Positions 63,634 to 64,000 of a stretch of DNA of 64,000 nucleotides are shown here, piece after piece. Location of the stretch: contig OZ253462.1 in assembly GCA_965261395.1 (NCBI GenBank), forward strand, positions 32,001-96,000, in the 5' to 3' direction. A program made the translations under genes and the position numbers. The first letter of the stretch is position 1. The number at the start of each line of letters is the position of its first letter. The notes below the pieces were generated by a model. The model was not told where the DNA came from, did not search any database, and worked only from the letters and a program-made list of their open reading frames with translations. The stretch comes from Candidatus Latescibacterota bacterium (GTDB lineage: Bacteria > Latescibacterota > UBA2968 > UBA8231).

Positions 63634-64000
63634 CTATTTCTGCAACAGGCTCTCTTGGTTGTCCAGAGCAAAAAAGTGGGCTTTATCTATCTCGACGGCC
63701 AACCTTACCGTTTGGTCAACTTGCGGCATGTGCAGCGGATCAACGCGGGCGACGAAAGCGGTCGTGCCGGTGGTCAGGTTGAGGAACACCTCGTTGCCCA
63801 TGGGTTCGACCACTTCGACCTTGGCCGCAATTTCCACGGTCTCGACATTGCGGCCAATGGTATCCGGGTCGTGGATGTCTTCCGGGCGGATGCCCAGCGT
63901 CACCTCCTGACCCACGTGGCTACCTAGCTGCTCGCCGTGGCCGGCGGGCAGGGCGAATTGCACATTGCCTTCGTCGAAGACTAGACCGCTGCCGTTAGAG
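63634..64000 (-). CDS. C-terminal TOBE region of a MalK/UgpC-type sugar ABC ATPase (partial)
   Basis: VTLGIRPEDI, VEVVEPMGNE, AHFF. Runs off the right edge of the window. Confidence 0.85.
   Translation of the reverse strand, partial: SNGSGLVFDEGNVQFALPAGHGEQLGSHVGQEVTLGIRPEDIHDPDTIGRNVETVEIAAKVEVVEPMGNEVFLNLTTGTTAFVARVDPLHMPQVDQTVRLAVEIDKAHFFALDNQESLLQK

Overview
GC-rich chromosomal window from a diderm bacterium. T9SS-type cargo, PorV, a TonB receptor, a group II GGGP synthase and a large SRP RNA suggest an FCB-group lineage such as Latescibacterota; this is inference. Almost all genes are on the minus strand. (1) About 0.9-4.7 kb is a lower-GC defence islet. It holds a prokaryotic viperin, a truncated CMPK2-like kinase, an unannotated 52-aa SMP-like small protein, a densely structured leader, a 578-aa orphan and a MITE-like element. 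(2) 4.8-11.9 kb is a CusCBA-type metal efflux operon. It is preceded by a Cys-rich leader ORF, and the sequence just after that ORF's stop base-pairs with the ribosome-binding site of the TolC gene. (3) 12-38.8 kb is mostly housekeeping: hemH, degP, metK, ptsI/ptsH, GGGPS, alaS, recX/recA, pgpA/pgsA, recR, dnaX, ffs, three tRNAs, tadA, a carbamoyltransferase with a frameshifted SxtJ-like gene, and lysA. (4) 38.8-59.6 kb is an apparent 21-kb operon: ilvE, a peptide-binding protein, an eight-gene uncharacterised module (orphan GlmL-like actin-fold ATPase, barrel-sandwich/KOW protein, DUF6754-like and membrane proteins), a TonB receptor, T9SS cargo, PorV, a TPR lipoprotein and OppBC with no ABC ATPase. 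This is the best candidate for an undescribed system. (5) The window ends with an outer-membrane protein, rsmA, holB and a partial MalK-type ATPase. All family names come from motif recognition by eye; no database searches were run.
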